This document shows, piece after piece, positions 58,570-64,000 of a stretch of 64,000 nucleotides of DNA. Source of the DNA: Vicugna vicugna (lineage: Eukaryota); NCBI GenBank assembly GCA_013265495.1, contig MU061578.1:4785308-4849307 (forward strand), read 5' to 3'. Under the pieces are notes generated by a model. It did not search any database. It was not told the origin of the DNA and saw nothing but the letters and a program-made list of their open reading frames with translations. How positions within the stretch are numbered: the stretch's first letter is position 1; every line of letters starts with the position of its first letter. The translations under genes were made by a program, and so were the position numbers.

Positions 58570-60330
58570 CTAGTCTGTATATCTTCTTTGGAAAAATGTT
58601 TATTCGGGTCTTCTGTCCATTTTTTAATCGGGCTGTTTGTTCTTTTGATATTGAGTTGTATGAGCTGTTTTTATATTTTGGATATTAACCCATTATCAGT
58701 CATGGCATTTGCAAATATTTTCTCCCACTCGGTTGTCTTTTTGTTTTGTCTATGATTTCCTTTGCTGTGCAAAAGATTTTAAGTTTAATTAGGTCCCATT
58801 TGTTTATTTTCGTTTTTGTTTCTCATTAAGAGACAGATCCAAAAAATTATTGCTACAGTTTATGTCAAAGAGTGTTCTACCTATGTTTTCTTCTAGGAGT
58901 TTTATGATTTCTGGTCTTACATTTAGGTCTTTAATCTATTTTGAGTTTATTTTTGTATCTGGTGTGAGAAAATGTTCCAATCTCATTCTTTTACATGTAG
59001 CTGTCCAGTTTTCTCAGCACCTTATTGAAGAGACTGTCTTTTTTCTATTGCATATTCTTGCTTCCTTTGTCATAGGTTAATTGACCATAAGTGCATGTGT
59101 TTATTTCTGGGTACTCTGTTCTGTTCCATTGATTAATGTATCTGTTTTTGTGCCAGCACCATGCTGTTTTGATTACTGTAGCTTTGTAGTATAGTCTGAG
59201 GTCAGGGACCATGATACCTCCAGCTCTGTTTTTCTTTCTCAGGGTTGCTTTGGCTATTCTGGGTCTTTTGTGTCTCCATTACAAATTTTAGAATTATTTG
59301 TTCCAGCTCTGTGAAAAATGCCATTAGTATTTTGATAGAGATTGTGTTGAATCTGTAGGTTGCCTTGGGTAGGATAGTCATTTTAACAATAATAAATTCT
59401 TCAAATCCCTGAATATGGTTTATCTTTCTATTTTTGTGTCATCTTCAGTTTCTTTCATCAGGGTCTTATAGTTTTCTGAGTACAGGTCTTTTACCTCCTT
59501 AGTTAGATTTACTCCTTGGTATTGAATTCTTTTTGATGTGATGGTAAATGGTATTGTTTTCTTAATTTCTCTGATAGTTTGTTGTTAGTGTATAGAAACG
59601 CAACAGATTTCTGTATATTAATTTTTTGTCCTGCAACTTTACCAAATTCATTGATGAGTTCTAGTAGCTTTTTGGTGGCATCTTGAGGATTTTCTATGCA
59701 CAGTATCATCTCGTATGTAGACAGTGACAGTTTTACTTCTACCTTTCCAATCTGGATTCTTTTTTTTTTCTTTTTCTTGTCTGATTGCTGTGGATAGGAC
59801 TCCCAATACTATGTTGAGTGAAAATGGCGAGAGTGGGCATCATTGTCTTATTACTGATCTTAGAGGAAATGCTTTCAGCTTTTCACCATTGAATATGATG
59901 TTAGCTGTGGGCTTATCATATATGGCCTTATTATGTTGAGGAGTGTTCCTTCTATAGCCACTTTATGGAGAGTTTTAATCACAAATGGATGTTAAATATT
60001 GTCAAAAGTTTTGTCTGCATCTACTGGGGTAATCATATAATTTTTATTTTTCAGTGTGTTAATGTGTGTCATGTTGTTTTGTGGATATTGAGCTATCTTT
60101 GCATCCTTGGTATAAATCCTATTTGATCATGGTGTTTAATGTGTTGTTGAATTTGGTTTGCTAATATTTTGTTGAGAATTTTTGCATCTATATTCATCAG
60201 TGATATTGGCCTATAGTTTTCTTTTTTTATGATATCTTTGTCTGGGTTTGGTCTCAGGGTGATGCTTGCCTTGTAGAATGAGTTCTGAAGTGTTCCTTCC
60301 TCTGCAATTTCTTGGAATAGTTTAGGAGGA
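58570..60330 (-). mobile_element. L1 ORF2 (reverse transcriptase) relic, frameshifted
   Basis: ORF track peptides [29 protein letters not shown] and [36 protein letters not shown]. Confidence 0.92.
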
Positions 60331-60929
60331 TAAGTGTTTTCTTTTTTTTTTATTCTCAATATGTCAGTATTTTGACTCCCTTTTTGTGTTGATTCCACGT
60401 GCTACTGGATCTTTATTTCCAAGAAATTTAGACTTGAGAAAACACATTACAGAAACAATTGCTTTAATGAAAAAGGGTTATTGGAGACTAGAGATAGTCC
60501 TGTGTACTATAACAATGATCCTTTTCTTGCCATAATCTCAACAATGGTATTTTAAAAATATCTTTGAACTTATAAGTACATAAACTGAGCATTTGATTAT
60601 ATCTAGATTTTGCTTAAGAGAGACCACCTTTCTTTCCTATCATCAACAGCACTATCATTAAGCTAAAGCATCATTCACATCCTTAGTATTCCTAACAGTG
60701 GGTGATAAAGATGTTAATGACCTATAAGAAACTCTTACAGCTGTGTAACTGCACAGAGCTAGTTCCTTGAACCAGTTTCAGTTATAGTCTGTGTAATAAA
60801 AAATTACACACATTTCTAATTAATTGATTTTTAATTTACATGGATTTTTAAAATTTCTAATTTAGTAGTGAAGGGGTTTAGGATTATGAATTTTCCTATT
60901 GATGCATTTTTGTGTCAATATGGTTTTTC

Positions 60930-62020
60930 TTAATAGACTTTTTTTTTAGAGTTTCACAGCAAAATTGAGAAGAAGGTTAAGAGATTTCCCAAATAGCCCT
61001 TGCTTCCTTATATGAACAGCCTCTTCCATCATCAACATCATTATTCCTCAAAATCTATAGTTCACAATAAGATTCACTCTTGGTGTTGTACATTCCACGG
61101 GCATTGACAAATACATAATATCATGTATCCACCACTATAGTATCATACTCAATAGTTTTACTGCTGTAAAAATCTTCTGTGCTCTACCTATTCATCCTTC
61201 CCTCCCCAACAACCTCTGGGAAACACTGATCCTTTCACCGTCTCCATAGTTTTGCCTTTTCCAGATTGTCATATTGTTGGAATCACACAGTATGTAGGCT
61301 TTTCAGATTGGCTTCTTTCACTTAGTAATGTGCATTTAATTTAAGTTTCCTCCACGTCTTTCATGGCTTGATAGCTCATTTTTTTTTAGCACTGAATAAT
61401 ATTTTACTGTCTAGATGTACCATAGTTTGTTTTCCATTCACCTTCTGAAGGAAGTCTTGGTTGCTTCCAAGTTTGGGCAATTATGAATAAAACTGTTATA
61501 AACGTCTGTGTGAAGATTTTTGTAGGGACGTAATTTTTCATCTCATTTGGGTAAATACCAAGGAGCACACTTGCTGCATCATATGGTAAGAATATGTTTA
61601 CTTTTTTTTTTTTTTAAAGAAACTGCCAAACTGTCTTCGAAAGTAGCTCTTCCATTTTGCATTCCTACCAGCAATGAATGAGACTTCCTGTTGCTCCACA
61701 TCCTTGCTGGCATTTGATATTGTCAGTATTTGGGATTTTGGCCATTCTAATAGAGGTATAGTAATATCTCAGTGTTGTTTTAACTTGTAGTTCCCTAATG
61801 ATGAATGATGTTGAGCATCTTTTCATGTACTTACTTGTCATGTCCTTAGTTTGAGTCTTTTGTTCATTAAAATTTTTTTCGCTTTTTTAAATTGGGTTGT
61901 TCATTTTCTTACTGTCAAGTTGTATGAGTCCTTTGTGTATTTTGGATAACAGTCCTTCATCACATGTCTTCTGCAAATGTTTTCTCCCAGTCTGTGGCCT
62001 GTGGCCTCTCATTCTCTTGA
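60930..62020 (-). mobile_element. Old L1 (L1MB/MC-type) 3' fragment
   Basis: CATAGTTTTGCCTTTTCCAGA, GGTTGCTTCCAAGTTTGGGCAATTATGAATAAA, CCATTTTGCATTCCTACCAGCAATG. Confidence 0.8.
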
Positions 62021-63889
62021 TCTATATAGTATTTTGTGGTTTAAAAGAGAGTTTTTAATTTTCAAGGGCTTTTTCCCTCTTATTAGTGTTTTGTTTTGTT
62101 AATATTTACTTTCAGTGCAGTTTGATCTAGGAATATGGTCAATATTTTTCAGCTTTTTAGAATTTGACATTTTCTTTATGGTTGACACAATTCTATTTTC
62201 ATGACTAGTTCATGGATGCATATAAACTTTTTTGTCTCACTTCTATTGACCCCCTTTTAATATGGTGGACTTTTGATCCCAAAGATGATTTGAATGTACA
62301 CTTTTATGTTAGAATTCTATCAACAATGATGAATTTTCATCTAGAAAGTATTTTCAACAAGAAGTTCACTAAAGTAACTTCAGTGAACCACATCAGTTTC
62401 TTAGTCCTTTGTTTGGGAGTCAGAGACCAAGTCAATAAACCGAGATTTGAGAGACCTTATCTGGTAAGAGACAGAACTCCATAGCTGCCATCCTGTGGTT
62501 GACAGAGTATCTGGTTTTAGTTCCCAGTTAAGGAGCCAACATAATGTAAATTGACAGACAGCTGACTAATATTTCACTGGAGTTTTATTCTTGGGGCAGG
62601 GGGGAATATTTAATAAGCAGAGTTCTGTAATTGCTCAACTCCTAAGGTAATCTCTTGGTACTTCACAAAGTCACACCAGTAGGAAGTGGGCTACTAATGT
62701 GCTGCAGCTGCTCAGAAGGGGAACTGTCTCCTATCCCTACTTGTGAAAGGCCGTGAAGGGTGGCAGATATAGCCAGCTTTCCTTCTTCCAGTGTATGTTG
62801 TGACTTGGGTGGTCATATTCTTATCTTTTAGCCCAAATTGCCAGACCCTGGGAAGCCACACGTAGACTGGGGCCAGAGGAATGCACATTACCTAGACAAC
62901 CCAGTCTTGATCCTAGATGCAGAAACGCATAAAACCTAGCAGATCTTTTTTTGGGGGGGGAGCAAGTGTGCTTTATGTTGTGCTTTGGTGGTTTATTAGG
63001 CAGAGAAGTTTGGAAATTTTATATACAGAAAGGATTTCTTTTCTCTGGGCAGCAAAGGTATGCTTCCGCCTACCCCTTTTCTGCTGGTAATAGAAACTTT
63101 CCTTGTGTGTGTGAGGGGTTAACCATCCCATTTTCTTTACCTTCCTTCCACCTGCCATTCTGCTGGGACCCAAGCTAAGGCAATCAGAGTCCTCTTGGGA
63201 GCTACCAGAAAGGAGGCACTCTTTACTCTAGGATTTGTATATAAGCCTAGAGCTCACGGGGGCTATCTTGGCCCCCAAGTGTTTATAGAGACTGCCTGAC
63301 AATAAGAGACAAAAGAAAGTAGGGTTGAGAGAGCCACAAACCCTGATTACATTATTTGAACACTTGGGTTCATCTATGTTCTGTAGCTTATTCCACTTTG
63401 GGCTTCCAGTTATGTGAGTGATGAATCCTTTTCTGGGGGTAGACTTAAGCTAGGTTGAGTTGGACTTCTGATACTTGTAACTGAAGCATAAGGAAAAAAG
63501 TGGATGGCTTTGAGATAGCTTTCAGAGACAGAATCATAGGACTTACTGGTGGATTTGATACGAGAGATGAAAGAGATCAAGGTTTAAACCTAGCTTTTGA
63601 CTTAAGCAACTGGTATAGACTTACTGTTTACTGAGATGGAAAGTAGAAAAGGCAGAGAGAATAAAATCAAGAGTGCCTTTGTGGACACATCAAGTTTGAG
63701 ATTCAGTGCCACTACAAGTACTTTGTTATGAAAGATGCCTCATTTCTGAGTTATTTGGAATAATTTGATCACTGATTGCATCTCATCTTCAATTTTTTTC
63801 CAAGGGTGTTATGGGTCCATAGATGTTTGCATGCTTGAAAATGTCTGCCTGTCAACTTGGCTGATGATAACATTCTAGGGTTGTGTGCT

Positions 63890-64000
63890 TTTTTGAAAAA
63901 AAAATTTTATTTTTTATTGAAGTGTCATTGATTTACAATGTTAGTTTCAGGTGTACAGCAAAGCAATTCAGTTATACATATACATATACATATATATATT
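63890..64000 (-). mobile_element. Young L1 3' end (runs off the window)
   Basis: TTTTATTGAAGTG..GATTTACAATGTTAGTTTCAGGTGTACAGCAAAG; same family as 7940-8160, reversed. Confidence 0.7.

Noticed and set aside
53600..64000. ABCA17 coding exons
   Set aside because: No ABCA-like peptide in the ORF track or by eye; the region is mostly L1, hAT and LTR sequence.

Overview
Mammalian genomic DNA, probably camelid (four young tRNA-Ala-derived SINEs of the Vic-1 type). The window holds the complete ABCA3 gene (lamellar-body lipid transporter) on the minus strand. I mapped all 30 coding exons at 43601..9411: every intron is GT-AG and the 5112-nt CDS gives 1703 aa. The gene has a CpG-island first exon near 52.5 kb and an AATAAA at 8696-8701. 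To the left are a second CpG island with the probable RNPS1 non-coding first exon (minus), a MIR940 hairpin (4683-4776, plus) and a degenerate MIR3677-like stem. The last 10 kb is mostly L1, hAT and LTR debris, where head-to-head ABCA17/ABCA17P is expected, but no coding exon is visible. The most unusual feature is a 233-bp chimeric insertion in ABCA3 intron 28 (11679-11911). It fuses a copy of the exon 31 acceptor and 5' half to a copy of the 3'UTR through a 4-bp microhomology, which is the junction a 1618-bp circle or tandem duplication of the gene's own 3' end would give. It leaves an intact decoy splice acceptor that would create a premature stop. I see no evidence of a new multi-gene system. 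Exon numbers follow human ABCA3, and comparisons with human or mouse sequences and repeat consensuses are from memory, not from searches.
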